A stretch of DNA of 64,000 nucleotides from Myxococcota bacterium (lineage in GTDB: Bacteria > Myxococcota_A > Polyangia > Nannocystales > Nannocystaceae): the NCBI GenBank assembly GCA_039028615.1, contig JBCCHT010000002.1, positions 416,001 through 480,000 on the forward strand, in the 5' to 3' direction. Below, one piece after another: positions 37,402 through 46,926 of this stretch. The notes under the pieces were generated by a model. The model worked only from the letters and a program-made list of their open reading frames with translations, was not told the origin of the DNA and made no database searches. A program made the position numbers and the translations under genes. The stretch's first letter is position 1. Every line of letters begins with the position of its first letter.

Positions 37402-38966
37402 ACGACGACCATGACGACGGCGCGGCGAGTCACCCCACGACTCGCCGCGACGGACCCCACCACGACGAGACCCCCGCCCTGCGACGGCGGTGGGTCTCGT
37501 TCCTGATTTCGTGCGCCCTCGGCTCGGCGGCGTGCTCGAGCGCCAAGGAAGAGAAGCCCGAAGCCGCGCCTGCGCCCGAGACGGCCGACCCCGCTCCGGT
37601 GCAGGGAACCCGGCCCGGCGGCGACACGAGCATCGCGATAGGCCCGAGCCCCTCGCTGGTGCAGCCCGCCGCCAACCTCGACGACGACGCCAAGAGCCGG
37701 TTCTACGCGGGCAAGGCCCTCGCGACTCAGCCCTGGGTACGGGCCCCCACGCAGACTGACGCCCGCGATGGCCTCGGCCCCGTCTACAACGCGCGGACCT
37801 GCCTCGGGTGCCACATCAAGGGCGGGCGCGGTCCGACCGCGAGCCGCGAAGACGAGCCGCTGCTCGCGTCCCTCGTTCGCCTGAGCCTGCCCGGGCGGGG
37901 GCCGCACGGCGAGCCGATTCCCGAGCCGGTGTACGGCACCCAACTCCAGCCGCAGTCGACGTCGCTCGGCCACCAGCTCCGAGGGCACGCGAGCGCCGAT
38001 GCGGTCAAGGACCTCGGCCCCGCCCCCGAGGCGCAGGCGTTCATCCGCTGGACGACAGTGCCGTTCCAGTATCCCGACGGGAAGACCGTGGAGCTGCGTG
38101 AACCCACGCTCGAGCTTCGCGAGCTCGGCTACGGCGCTCTGAATCCCGAGACCCGCAAAGGCATACGCCACACCCCCTCGCTGGCCGGCGTCGGCCTGCT
38201 CGAGCTGGTGGACCAGGCGGACATCGACCGCCACGCCGACCCCGACGACCGCGACGGCGACGGCATCTCCGGTCGCGTGAACCGAGTCTGGGATCCGGAG
38301 TCGAAATCGGAGCGCCCCGGGCGCTTCGGTCTCAAGGCCAACCAGCCCAGCGTGCGCGTTCAGGTGGCGGGCGCGTTCTCGGGAGACATCGGCATCACCA
38401 GCCCCGTGTTCCCGCAGCAGCCGTGCACCGAGCGACAGCCGCGCTGCCTCGCCGCACCCAGTGGGGCCGACGCCGACGGCGTGGAGATTTCCGAAGAGCT
38501 CCTGGAGCTGGTGGTGTTCTTCAACATGTCGATCGCCGTGCCCGAGCGGCGCAAGCCCACGCACCCGAAGGTCGTGCGAGGCCAAGCCCTGTTCGAGGAT
38601 GCCGGCTGCGGAAGCTGCCACACCCCGCACTACGTCACCGGATCCGACCCCGCCTATCCGCACCTGTCGACGCAGGACATCTGGCCCTATACCGACATGC
38701 TGTTGCACGACATGGGCGCTGGCCTCGCCGACGGCCGCGAGGACTTCCTCGCGACCGGCTCCGAGTGGCGAACTCCTCCGCTGTGGTCGGTCGGTCTGGC
38801 TAGAGCCATGCACGACGACGTGGGATTCCTGCACGACGGCCGGGCACGCACGGTAGAAGAAGCTATTGTCTGGCACGATGGCGAGGGCCGACGAAGCCGT
38901 GATCGCTTCTCGGCGCTCAGCGAGGCCGACCGCCGCAGCCTCGTCGCCTTCGTGAGATCGCTATGA
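37395..38966 (+). CDS. Di-haem oxidoreductase, DUF1111 family
   Basis: DGLGPVYNARTCLGCH, DPDDRDGDGISGR, GRFGLKA, CGSCH, TDMLLHDMG, EWRTPPLW, LHDGRA; start uncertain. Confidence 0.9.
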   Translation: MLDDDHDDGAASHPTTRRDGPHHDETPALRRRWVSFLISCALGSAACSSAKEEKPEAAPAPETADPAPVQGTRPGGDTSIAIGPSPSLVQPAANLDDDAKSRFYAGKALATQPWVRAPTQTDARDGLGPVYNARTCLGCHIKGGRGPTASREDEPLLASLVRLSLPGRGPHGEPIPEPVYGTQLQPQSTSLGHQLRGHASADAVKDLGPAPEAQAFIRWTTVPFQYPDGKTVELREPTLELRELGYGALNPETRKGIRHTPSLAGVGLLELVDQADIDRHADPDDRDGDGISGRVNRVWDPESKSERPGRFGLKANQPSVRVQVAGAFSGDIGITSPVFPQQPCTERQPRCLAAPSGADADGVEISEELLELVVFFNMSIAVPERRKPTHPKVVRGQALFEDAGCGSCHTPHYVTGSDPAYPHLSTQDIWPYTDMLLHDMGAGLADGREDFLATGSEWRTPPLWSVGLARAMHDDVGFLHDGRARTVEEAIVWHDGEGRRSRDRFSALSEADRRSLVAFVRSL

Positions 38967-40114
38967 GCCCGGCACTCCCCTCGTGGTCGCTATCCCGTCG
39001 TCGGTTCCTCGCGAGCCTCGGCACGGTGATGGCAGCCCCCGCGGGGATCGGCTGTGACGCGAGCCCGACGGCGGAGCGATGGGTCTCGGCGCAAGGAGAC
39101 AGCGACGAGACCTACGGCCTGGTGATCGCCGAGCCGGGTGGCTCCTCCACCACGGTGCGCAGCGGGTTTCGAGGCCACGCGATGGCCCACCACCCCTCGG
39201 ACGGAAGCCGCGTGGTGATGTTCGGCCGTCGACCGGGTCAGTTCGGCATCGTCGTCGACATCGACCGCGCCCGAGTGGTGCAGCGCTTCGAGTGCACGCC
39301 CCATCGCCGCTTCGCGGGCCACGGTTGCTTCGATGCCGACGGCACTCGGCTACTTACGGTAGAGGCCGACATCGAGACGGGGGCCGGGATCGTGGCGGTC
39401 CGCGATGCCGCCACGCTCGAGGTCGTTCGCGAGATCGAGACCCACGGCATCGGCCCCCACGAGATCGTGCTCATGCCCGACGGGCGCACGCTCGCGGTGG
39501 CCAATGGCGGCATCCTGACCCGCCCCGAGACCGGCGCCGACAAGCTCAACCTCGACACCATGCGCTCGACGCTGGTCTACCTCGATCTCGACTCGGGCCA
39601 GGTCCTCGACGAGCAAGGCGTCCTCGAGCCCAAGGCCAGCCTTCGGCACCTCGCGGTCGCCGACGACGGCACCGTGGTGGTGGTGATGCAGATCCAGCGC
39701 GAGGCCCTCGAGGACGACGAGCCCCGCCCGCTCATCGCCGTGCATCATCCCGGGCAGAGCCTCGAGCCCTTTACGGACGGGCTCGAGCTGTCCACCGCCA
39801 TGCAAGACTACGCCGCGAGCGTGGCCGTGGACGACCACGCGCGCATCGCCGCCGTGCCGAGCCCTCGCGGCAACCTGGTCGGCTTCTGGCACATCGACAC
39901 GGGCGCGTGGGTGGGGCAGCACGCCTTCGACGACGTCAGCGGCGTCACCGTGTCTGCCGAGCACGGGTGCTTCGTGCTCAGCGGCTCCGGGGGCCAAGTA
40001 CGGCTCATCGATACCGAGACCCTCGCCGAAGCCACCGCGGCTCGAGAGCGCTTCTCCGACGTCCGCTGGGACAACCACCTGCTCGCGATCTCCCCCCTCA
40101 CTGCGCTCACGTAG
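38963..40114 (+). CDS. DUF1513 family Tat-exported beta-propeller protein
   Basis: SRRRFL Tat motif; RRPG, FAGHG, GIGPHE, VANGGI.T.P, LNLDTM, SLRHL, SPRG, WDNH. Confidence 0.9.
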   Translation: MSPALPSWSLSRRRFLASLGTVMAAPAGIGCDASPTAERWVSAQGDSDETYGLVIAEPGGSSTTVRSGFRGHAMAHHPSDGSRVVMFGRRPGQFGIVVDIDRARVVQRFECTPHRRFAGHGCFDADGTRLLTVEADIETGAGIVAVRDAATLEVVREIETHGIGPHEIVLMPDGRTLAVANGGILTRPETGADKLNLDTMRSTLVYLDLDSGQVLDEQGVLEPKASLRHLAVADDGTVVVVMQIQREALEDDEPRPLIAVHHPGQSLEPFTDGLELSTAMQDYAASVAVDDHARIAAVPSPRGNLVGFWHIDTGAWVGQHAFDDVSGVTVSAEHGCFVLSGSGGQVRLIDTETLAEATAARERFSDVRWDNHLLAISPLTALT

Positions 40115-40121
40115 GTTCACC

Positions 40122-41225
40122 GTGACCACTCCACGCCCTTGCCCTCCCTCTCGAACGAAGCCCGACGTCCGCCGCTGGCTGGGGGCGGTGGTGCTCGCCC
40201 TCGCCGCGTGCTCGACCGATTCCGGCGGCGACTCCGACCTCCCCTCCGGTCTCGAGGTCATGGAGAACACGGTCGACAACACCATCGTGCCCGACATCGG
40301 CCGCTTTCGTGGGAGTGCGGAGGGCATGCAGGGACAGGTCGACGCGTTCTGCTCCGCGCCGAGCGTGGACGCCCTGGGCGAGGTGCAGACCGGCTGGCGC
40401 TCGCTCTCCGAGGCCTGGAACGCGGTCGCCCCCTACAACCTGGGGCCGCTCGACGACGACTTCATCACGCCGAAGATCATCTTCTTCGAGTCGATGCGGC
40501 AGCGGGGCACCGACTACACCCAGACGGTTCGTGATGAAATTGCGCTCGGTGTCGGGGGTACCGAGACCCTCGACGCCGCGTACTTCGAGGGGCTCACCTT
40601 CAACAAGGTCGGCTTGCTCGCGCTCGAGGTCCTGGCGTTCGAGAACGCCACCGCCGAGTCCCTCGAGCCCAGCGACATCGTGGCCGACTACGAGGCCGAG
40701 CCCCGCCGCTGCGAGTACTTGCAGGGGATCATCGGGCGGCTGACCACCCAGGCGGTCGAGCTCGAGACGGAGTGGACCGACGCGTTCGCCGAGGGCGAGG
40801 CGTTCCGCGACTCCATGCTGGAGAACACCCTGGAAGACGGCGCACAGCCAGTCGTCGCCCTGCTCATCGCGCTGCAGGACCACCTGCTGTACATCAAGGA
40901 TCGCAAGCTCGAAGGCATCCTCGACGCGCAGCTGTCCGGGCATTTTTATCCCAACGTCGCCGCCACCCTCGATGCCCTCGAGCACCTGCTCGTGCAGCCG
41001 ATGCCCGAAGACGCGGTGGGCATCCTGGACTTCATGGCCGCGCGGGGCCTCGAGGCCGACGTCGCGACGGTGGAAGCCAACCTCGCCATGGCCAAGGACG
41101 CCGCCGCCAACGAGGATCGCGAGGCGCTCATCACCGCCATTGGCCTGCTCGAGGGCAACATCAAGCGCGAGATCCCCGATGGCCTCGGGGTCGACCTCGG
41201 GCTGAACTTCTCGGACGGAGACTAG
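40122..41225 (+). CDS. Second imelysin family lipoprotein
   Basis: Lipobox LAAC; GLLALEVLAF; C-terminal LGVDLGLNFSDGD. Confidence 0.85.
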   Translation: MTTPRPCPPSRTKPDVRRWLGAVVLALAACSTDSGGDSDLPSGLEVMENTVDNTIVPDIGRFRGSAEGMQGQVDAFCSAPSVDALGEVQTGWRSLSEAWNAVAPYNLGPLDDDFITPKIIFFESMRQRGTDYTQTVRDEIALGVGGTETLDAAYFEGLTFNKVGLLALEVLAFENATAESLEPSDIVADYEAEPRRCEYLQGIIGRLTTQAVELETEWTDAFAEGEAFRDSMLENTLEDGAQPVVALLIALQDHLLYIKDRKLEGILDAQLSGHFYPNVAATLDALEHLLVQPMPEDAVGILDFMAARGLEADVATVEANLAMAKDAAANEDREALITAIGLLEGNIKREIPDGLGVDLGLNFSDGD

Positions 41226-41229
41226 CGCC

Positions 41230-42462
41230 GTGAGCCCTGCCCTGCATCGGTCCTGCCGAGCTCCGCTCGCCCGAGTCGGGCTGGTGCTCGCCGTCCTCGC
41301 CACGGGCTGCGGCGAAGAGCCGGTCGACAGCATCTACGACAGCGTGGAACAGCTCGGTGAGGCGCTGTTCTCCGACGCGAACCTCTCCGCCGACCGCACT
41401 CAGTCCTGCTCCACCTGCCACGACCCCGAGCGAGCCTTCACCGACGGACGACCCGATCCCGACGGCATGATCGCAGCGGTCTCGCTCGGCGACGACGGCG
41501 TCTCGTGGGGCGATCGCAACGCACCGACCGTCGCCTACGCCTCGTTTGCGCCCGAGTTTCACTTCGGCCGCCGCCCACGACCGATTCGCCACAACAACCA
41601 CCGGCTCTACGAGGGAGCCCTGGGCGGTCAGTTCTGGGATGGGCGCGAGACCGATCTCGAGGGTCAGGCCGGCGGCCCCCCGCTCAATGCCCTGGAGATG
41701 GGCATGCCCGACGAAGCGGCCGTGGTCGAGCGCCTCCGCGAGGACATCGAGTACGAGCGCGGCTTCATCGAGTTCTTCGGGGCGGACGTGTTCGCCACCG
41801 ACGAAGAGGCCTATGCCGCAATGACCGAGAGCCTCGCCGCGTTCGAGCGCACCGAGGTCTTCGCCCCCTTCGACTCGCGCTACGACCGTTCTCTGCGCGG
41901 CGAGATCGCCCTGACCTTCAAGGAGCTGACCGGCGAGTCGGTGTTCTTCTCGCAGTTCGCCAACTGCAGCGTCTGCCATGCGTTGCACCGCGATGGCGAC
42001 CCCATCAACCGCACGGCCGAGACCTTTACCGGCTACGAGTTCCACAACATCGGGGTCCCGGTGAACGAACAAGTCCGAGAGCGCAACGGGGTCGCAGGGC
42101 CCGATCTCGGCCTCGTGAACAACCCCGCGGCCACCGATGCCGAGCGCGGCAAGTTCAAGGTCCCCACGCTGCGCAACGTCGCGGTGACGGGCCCCTACAT
42201 GCACAACGGAGTGTTCCGCGACCTCGTCACGGTGGTCGAGTTCTACGATCGCTTCAACAACGCCGACGAGCGTCTCGTGAACCCAGAGACGGGTGAGCCG
42301 TGGCGTGAGCCCGAGGTCCCGGACACGGTGACCGACCTCCTCGAAGTCGGCGATCCGCTGACCGACCTCGAGGTCGAGTCCCTGGTGTGTTTTCTGCGGG
42401 CACTCACCGACGCTCGCTACGAGCACCTGATCGAGCCCAAGGGCATCGACTGCAGCCTCTAG
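41230..42462 (+). CDS. MauG-like di-haem cytochrome c peroxidase family lipoprotein
   Basis: CSTCH, RNAP, GQFWDGR, CSVCH, FKVPTLRNV, GPYMHNG, NPETGEPW, LTDARYE. Confidence 0.9.
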   Translation: MSPALHRSCRAPLARVGLVLAVLATGCGEEPVDSIYDSVEQLGEALFSDANLSADRTQSCSTCHDPERAFTDGRPDPDGMIAAVSLGDDGVSWGDRNAPTVAYASFAPEFHFGRRPRPIRHNNHRLYEGALGGQFWDGRETDLEGQAGGPPLNALEMGMPDEAAVVERLREDIEYERGFIEFFGADVFATDEEAYAAMTESLAAFERTEVFAPFDSRYDRSLRGEIALTFKELTGESVFFSQFANCSVCHALHRDGDPINRTAETFTGYEFHNIGVPVNEQVRERNGVAGPDLGLVNNPAATDAERGKFKVPTLRNVAVTGPYMHNGVFRDLVTVVEFYDRFNNADERLVNPETGEPWREPEVPDTVTDLLEVGDPLTDLEVESLVCFLRALTDARYEHLIEPKGIDCSL

Positions 42463-42469
42463 AGCCCTT

Positions 42470-43189
42470 CTATTCGTCGGCCACGGGCATCGACAACGCG
42501 ATGGCATCGCGGCCCCCCTGAGGCGGGGGCGGCAGGGTGATGCTGAGGATCGACTCGCTCACGCACTCGAGCAGATCGGGATCGAGCACCTCGTTGTTGC
42601 TCCCCGACCCCACCGTGTCGACCACGCCTCCGAGTTCGTCGTCACCGATGATGCTCAGATCGACCACGAGCATCCCAGCCAGGTCGGGCCGCGCTTCACG
42701 GGCCATCTGGATGCACTCGTGGGTCAGCGGCATGAGTTCCTCATCGAGCACCTCCTTGAGGTACCCGTGATTGCCGGTTCGATCGGTCAGTCCGCCTGTT
42801 GCCGGGCCTTCGGGGTCATCGTGCGTCTCTTCGCCGTCACCCGCCGGAGGCGAGCCGGTCGACCCGGGTGACTCGCCCGTCGACGAGGCCGGCGACGGCT
42901 GGTCTTCGGCCCTCCGCTGTCGCGCGTGCATGGAGTCGAGGATTCGCTTCCGTAGCGCATCGCGTTCGGCCCGAGCGCGAGCGCGTACTTTCTCATCGCG
43001 GACGAGCGCCACGGCCCGGTTCTTGTTCTGGCCCACCTCGTCCTGCGAGCGAGCTGGCGATGTCGGTTGGGTGGCCGCCGCCCGCTCGGTCGCGGAGGAC
43101 GACGGAGTGACCTCATCGTCCTGGGCCCACAGCCACCAGCCCACGACGATCGCGAGCAGGAGCACGAGCAACCCGATTGCCTTGCGCAT
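42470..43189 (-). CDS. Hypothetical membrane-anchored protein (TonB-C/AgmX-C-like tail)
   Basis: N-terminal TM, low-complexity linker, EC...GM...EC.....LPPP tail common in myxobacteria. Confidence 0.6.
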   Translation of the reverse strand: MRKAIGLLVLLLAIVVGWWLWAQDDEVTPSSSATERAAATQPTSPARSQDEVGQNKNRAVALVRDEKVRARARAERDALRKRILDSMHARQRRAEDQPSPASSTGESPGSTGSPPAGDGEETHDDPEGPATGGLTDRTGNHGYLKEVLDEELMPLTHECIQMAREARPDLAGMLVVDLSIIGDDELGGVVDTVGSGSNNEVLDPDLLECVSESILSITLPPPPQGGRDAIALSMPVADE

Positions 43190-43237
43190 CGGGGCCCATC
43201 CTAGCCCGGGCGAAGCCTCATCCGACGCGCGAACCGG

Positions 43238-44716
43238 CTATTTCGCGTCGCTGCGTCGCGTCCACCGTAGCCGGAGATCCCGCTCCGGTGGGAAAATCCC
43301 CAGGCCGCTACGGCCGCGCTGGAAGCCTGGTAGCGGCTCCGAGATGGGGTCGAAACGCAACTGGCCCAGCAACGAGACCACCATTGTCTTGATCTCGTTG
43401 ATCGCAAAGAAGCGACCGGGACAGGTGTGCTTGCCCGCGCCAAAGGGCGCGAAGGCGAACGCAGTCCGCTCGCCATCGACCTCGAAGCGCGCCCCTTTCA
43501 TGAATCGATCGATGACGAACTCCTCGGGCCGTTCGAAGACCTCCGGGTCGTAGTGGGTGAGTTGGGGTGCCAGACAGACTTGGTCACCCTCGCGGATCGA
43601 CCACGTACCCGAGCGGGTCTCGAGTTGGGTCGGCTCCACGGCCTTGCGCACGATGAGTGACCCCGCCCCCAACCGCAGCGCCTCTCGAGCAGCACTGTCG
43701 ATGAGATGAAGTCCGTCGAGCTGCCCCCGCGACAAGGGCTTGCCCGCCGCGTCACCCAGTTTCTCCTCGATCTCTCCCACGACGGCTGCCGTGGCCTCCT
43801 TGCTGGAGAGCACATGAGCGACCGTCCAGAAGATGGAAGGGATGGTGTTCGCGTGGGTAGCCCACAGTACCGCGACCTGCGTGCGACCTCGCTTGGAGGC
43901 CGGCAAGCCTCCGATGAGGCTCTGACGGTCTCGCATCCAGGCGCTGGGCTCGGCCCCGATCTCGGCAAACGTGTCGGCCAGCGAACGAAGCGCGCCACGG
44001 GCCTTTCGAGTGGTGACCCTGGGCAGCCCGGCCACCAGCATCGCGAACTTCTCATCGAAGTCCTGGAATTCTTGCGCCGCGCCCGACTCGAGGACCCCGT
44101 CGCCGAAGATCACCCGGGTTCCCGCCGCGAAGACCACGTCCCAGATCAGTCGGTACAGATCGAACTCGCCCGACGCCCCCTGGACCCGCGGGTCCTGCTC
44201 CAACAACCGCAGCACCTCGGCGCTCATGCCAGCGCTAATATCGGCGAGGTCGGGCCCCTTGAGGCGCCGCCGCGCCATGGAGTCGATCGTCTCGACGTCG
44301 AGGTCGTCGCGGATGCAGGGATAGTCGAATGCCCGCTCCATCACCTGGTCGGTAAAGGGCTCGAACTTGAGAGTCTCCGAGCGAAGCACCGAGAGGTAGG
44401 ACTGCGTGTCGCAGACAAACGTCATGCGCCGCCCGGCCACGTACAGCGTGAACACGTCTCCGTGCTCGCGCCGACACTCCTGCAGCAACGACAGCGCGTC
44501 GCGACCAAACGTCAACGCCGCCCCGAGGAAGGGCAACGAACCGGGGACCAGCGGCGGCTCACCGCGACGCTGCTGGCCGTTGACCCAGCGCATCCCTGCG
44601 GTATAGGCGACGGTCGCCGCCCCGGTGGCGGCCGCGAAGAGTTTGGCTCGGCGGTTCAGGACCGCATGGTCCCGTGAGCCCGCCGCAGACACAAGAGGGC
44701 TGGCCCGATCCCGCAC
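43238..44716 (-). CDS. Cytochrome P450, CYP7/CYP8-like
   Basis: GEPPLVPGSLPFLG, WATHANTIPS (I-helix), EALR (ExxR), PEEF..DRF, PFGAGKHTCPGRFFA haem motif; start uncertain. Confidence 0.9.
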   Translation of the reverse strand: MRDRASPLVSAAGSRDHAVLNRRAKLFAAATGAATVAYTAGMRWVNGQQRRGEPPLVPGSLPFLGAALTFGRDALSLLQECRREHGDVFTLYVAGRRMTFVCDTQSYLSVLRSETLKFEPFTDQVMERAFDYPCIRDDLDVETIDSMARRRLKGPDLADISAGMSAEVLRLLEQDPRVQGASGEFDLYRLIWDVVFAAGTRVIFGDGVLESGAAQEFQDFDEKFAMLVAGLPRVTTRKARGALRSLADTFAEIGAEPSAWMRDRQSLIGGLPASKRGRTQVAVLWATHANTIPSIFWTVAHVLSSKEATAAVVGEIEEKLGDAAGKPLSRGQLDGLHLIDSAAREALRLGAGSLIVRKAVEPTQLETRSGTWSIREGDQVCLAPQLTHYDPEVFERPEEFVIDRFMKGARFEVDGERTAFAFAPFGAGKHTCPGRFFAINEIKTMVVSLLGQLRFDPISEPLPGFQRGRSGLGIFPPERDLRLRWTRRSDAK

Positions 44717-44751
44717 GCGACGGGCGGTCGCGGGTCACGCTCGGCGGCCGC

Positions 44752-45396
44752 TCAGTCGCCCTCGCGGTAGAGCTTCTCCGCGTACGCGGAGCCGTAGTAG
44801 GCCTCCAGCTCTTCCAGCGACTGCGTGGTCGGTTCCATGGCTTTGACCACCTGCGCCCGACTCGGCATCGCTTCGGGCCGCCAGCCCTCCGGCTTCCACA
44901 GCTCGGAGCGCATGAACGCCTTGGAGCAATGAAAGAACAGCTGCTCGATCTCGACGACGAGCGCGAGCTTGGGGCGATGGCCGCCGACCTGCATGGCATC
45001 GAAAAAGGGCGCGTCGCGGACGATGCGAGCGCGGCCGTTGATCCTCAGGCTGTCGGTGCGCCCGGGGATGAGGAAGATGAGACCCACATGGGGATTGGCG
45101 AGGATGTTGTGAAACCCATCCGCGCGGCGATTCCCCGGGCGCTCGGGGATCGCCAACGTGTGGTCGTCGATGACGTGGACGAACCCCGCGGGATCACCTT
45201 TGGGCGAGACGTCACACCGCCCCTCGGCATCGGAGGTCGCGACCAGGATGAAGGGCGACGTGGCGATCCACGCGCGGTCCATCTCGTGCAGCACCCGACG
45301 GTCCTTGTTGGCCGCTCGTTCCGAGGCCGGACCCAGGATCTCGCGGAGTTCTTCTGGGCTGCGGACCTCTGCGGTCTCGACGGATGCCTCCGACAT
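44752..45396 (-). CDS. Pyridoxamine 5'-phosphate oxidase-like FMN-binding protein (MSMEG_1061-like)
   Basis: DVSPKGDPAGF, PERPGNRR.D, GLIFLIPG, LRING, FFHCSKAFMRS.LW. Confidence 0.85.
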   Translation of the reverse strand: MSEASVETAEVRSPEELREILGPASERAANKDRRVLHEMDRAWIATSPFILVATSDAEGRCDVSPKGDPAGFVHVIDDHTLAIPERPGNRRADGFHNILANPHVGLIFLIPGRTDSLRINGRARIVRDAPFFDAMQVGGHRPKLALVVEIEQLFFHCSKAFMRSELWKPEGWRPEAMPSRAQVVKAMEPTTQSLEELEAYYGSAYAEKLYREGD

Positions 45397-45437
45397 GTCG
45401 GCAGCATAGGGGCTGCCGACCGAGGGTGCACGAACGA

Positions 45438-46010
45438 TCAACCGGCGGCGCGAAGCGGCGACCCAGCCCGGCGGGCGGCGACCCAGCGGGCGAACTCCGC
45501 CACCATGCGCTGCAATCGATCGCGGGTGGGCTCGTCGGTCAGCGTCATGGCGTCGTCGACCTTGCGGTGAGACTCACCGATCAGCAGCTCGGGATACGGA
45601 AACACGTCGGAGACCGTGCCGCCGAGGACCTGCTTGAGCTGCCCCACCGCCCGCGCGCCGCCGACGAAACCGCCCGCGACACCGATCACCGCCACCGGGC
45701 GGCCGGCGAGTACCGATCGATACGCAGGGCGCGACGCCCAATCCAGCGCGTTCTTCAGCGCCCCGGGTATGCCGTAGTTGTACTCCGGCGTCGCGATGAT
45801 GAGCCCGTCCGCCTCGGCGATGGCGGCCTTGAACTCCACGACGGCCGCCGGCCCTCCCTCGACGTCGATGTCGGCGTTGTACAGCGGCAATTCGGCGATC
45901 GAAAGCGGCTGCAGCTGCACGCCCTCGGGCGCGAGCTGCCCCGCCGCTTCGAGGGCGGCCTTGCTGACCGAACGCGCGCGCAGACTCCCTGCAATGGAGC
46001 GAATCTTCAT
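45438..46010 (-). CDS. NADPH-dependent FMN reductase (ChrR-like)
   Basis: GSLR..S, ATPEYNYGIPGALKNALDWASR. Confidence 0.9.
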   Translation of the reverse strand: MKIRSIAGSLRARSVSKAALEAAGQLAPEGVQLQPLSIAELPLYNADIDVEGGPAAVVEFKAAIAEADGLIIATPEYNYGIPGALKNALDWASRPAYRSVLAGRPVAVIGVAGGFVGGARAVGQLKQVLGGTVSDVFPYPELLIGESHRKVDDAMTLTDEPTRDRLQRMVAEFARWVAARRAGSPLRAAG

Positions 46011-46022
46011 GCTCAGTCTCCT

Positions 46023-46850
46023 TCAGGCGAGCTCGAACACCAGCAGCTCGGTGTCGGTGTCGGCGTGGATGGACAGTTCGTCGGCGAGGCCCGCATCGAG
46101 TGACGCGCCATCGCCCTCGTGCAGCTGCACTCCGCCCACGTTCGCTCGGCCGCGGACCATCTGCACCCAGACGTAGCGATCGGGAGGCACGGGGTGGGTC
46201 ACCGTCGTGCCCGCCGAAAGCTCGGTGGCGTACAGCGACAGGTCCTGGTGCACGGTGACCGAGCCCTCGCGGCCGTCTCGAGACGCGACCAGCCGCAGCG
46301 CACCACGACGCTCCTCGGTGAAGTCACGCTGCTCGTAGCTGGGCTCGATGCCTCGCTCGTCGGGCACGATCCAGATCTGCAGGAACCGAACGCCCGCGGT
46401 CTTCGAGCCGTTGTACTCGCTGTGGGTCACCCCCGTGCCCGCGCTCATGCGCTGGACCTCGCCGGGGCGAATCACCGAGCCGTTACCCATGCTGTCGCGG
46501 TGCTCGAGCGAGCCATCGACGACGTAGCTGATGATGTCCATGTCGCGATGAGGGTGCGTGGGAAAGCCCGCCCCTCCGATCACGCGGTCGTCGTTGATCA
46601 CCCGCAGGGCGCGAAAGCCCATGTGCTCCGGGTCGTAGTAGTGGGCGAACGAGAAGGTGTGACGGGTGTCGAGCCAACCGTGGTCGGCGTGGCCGCGATC
46701 GGCCGCTCGGCGCACGGTGAGGAAGGACGACAACGACTGCTCGGCGGCATTGCTCATGGCGGTACTCCTGGCCCGAGCGCCCCCGACGGTTGCGGAGACC
46801 GCGACCGCGCCGGTCACGGCCAAGAATGCTCTTCGGTTGCGCTCTGGCAT
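46023..46850 (-). CDS. Pirin family protein (YhhW-like), possible Tat extension
   Basis: HGWLDTRHTFSF, LRVINDD, HPHRDM, H.DSMG, MSAGTGVTHSE, LQIW; alternative start at 46757. Confidence 0.9.
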   Translation of the reverse strand: MPERNRRAFLAVTGAVAVSATVGGARARSTAMSNAAEQSLSSFLTVRRAADRGHADHGWLDTRHTFSFAHYYDPEHMGFRALRVINDDRVIGGAGFPTHPHRDMDIISYVVDGSLEHRDSMGNGSVIRPGEVQRMSAGTGVTHSEYNGSKTAGVRFLQIWIVPDERGIEPSYEQRDFTEERRGALRLVASRDGREGSVTVHQDLSLYATELSAGTTVTHPVPPDRYVWVQMVRGRANVGGVQLHEGDGASLDAGLADELSIHADTDTELLVFELA

Positions 46851-46902
46851 GCCCACAGCGTGCATCCGAGTCAGAACGCGAACAATATCCCAGAATCGAA
46901 CT

Positions 46903-46926
46903 CATTGTTCGTATCATCGAACAATG
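46903..46926. promoter_or_regulatory. Palindromic operator (LysR-type) between divergent pirin and lysR
   Basis: CATTGTTCG-TATCAT-CGAACAATG perfect 9-bp inverted repeat overlapping the lysR ATG. Confidence 0.6.
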
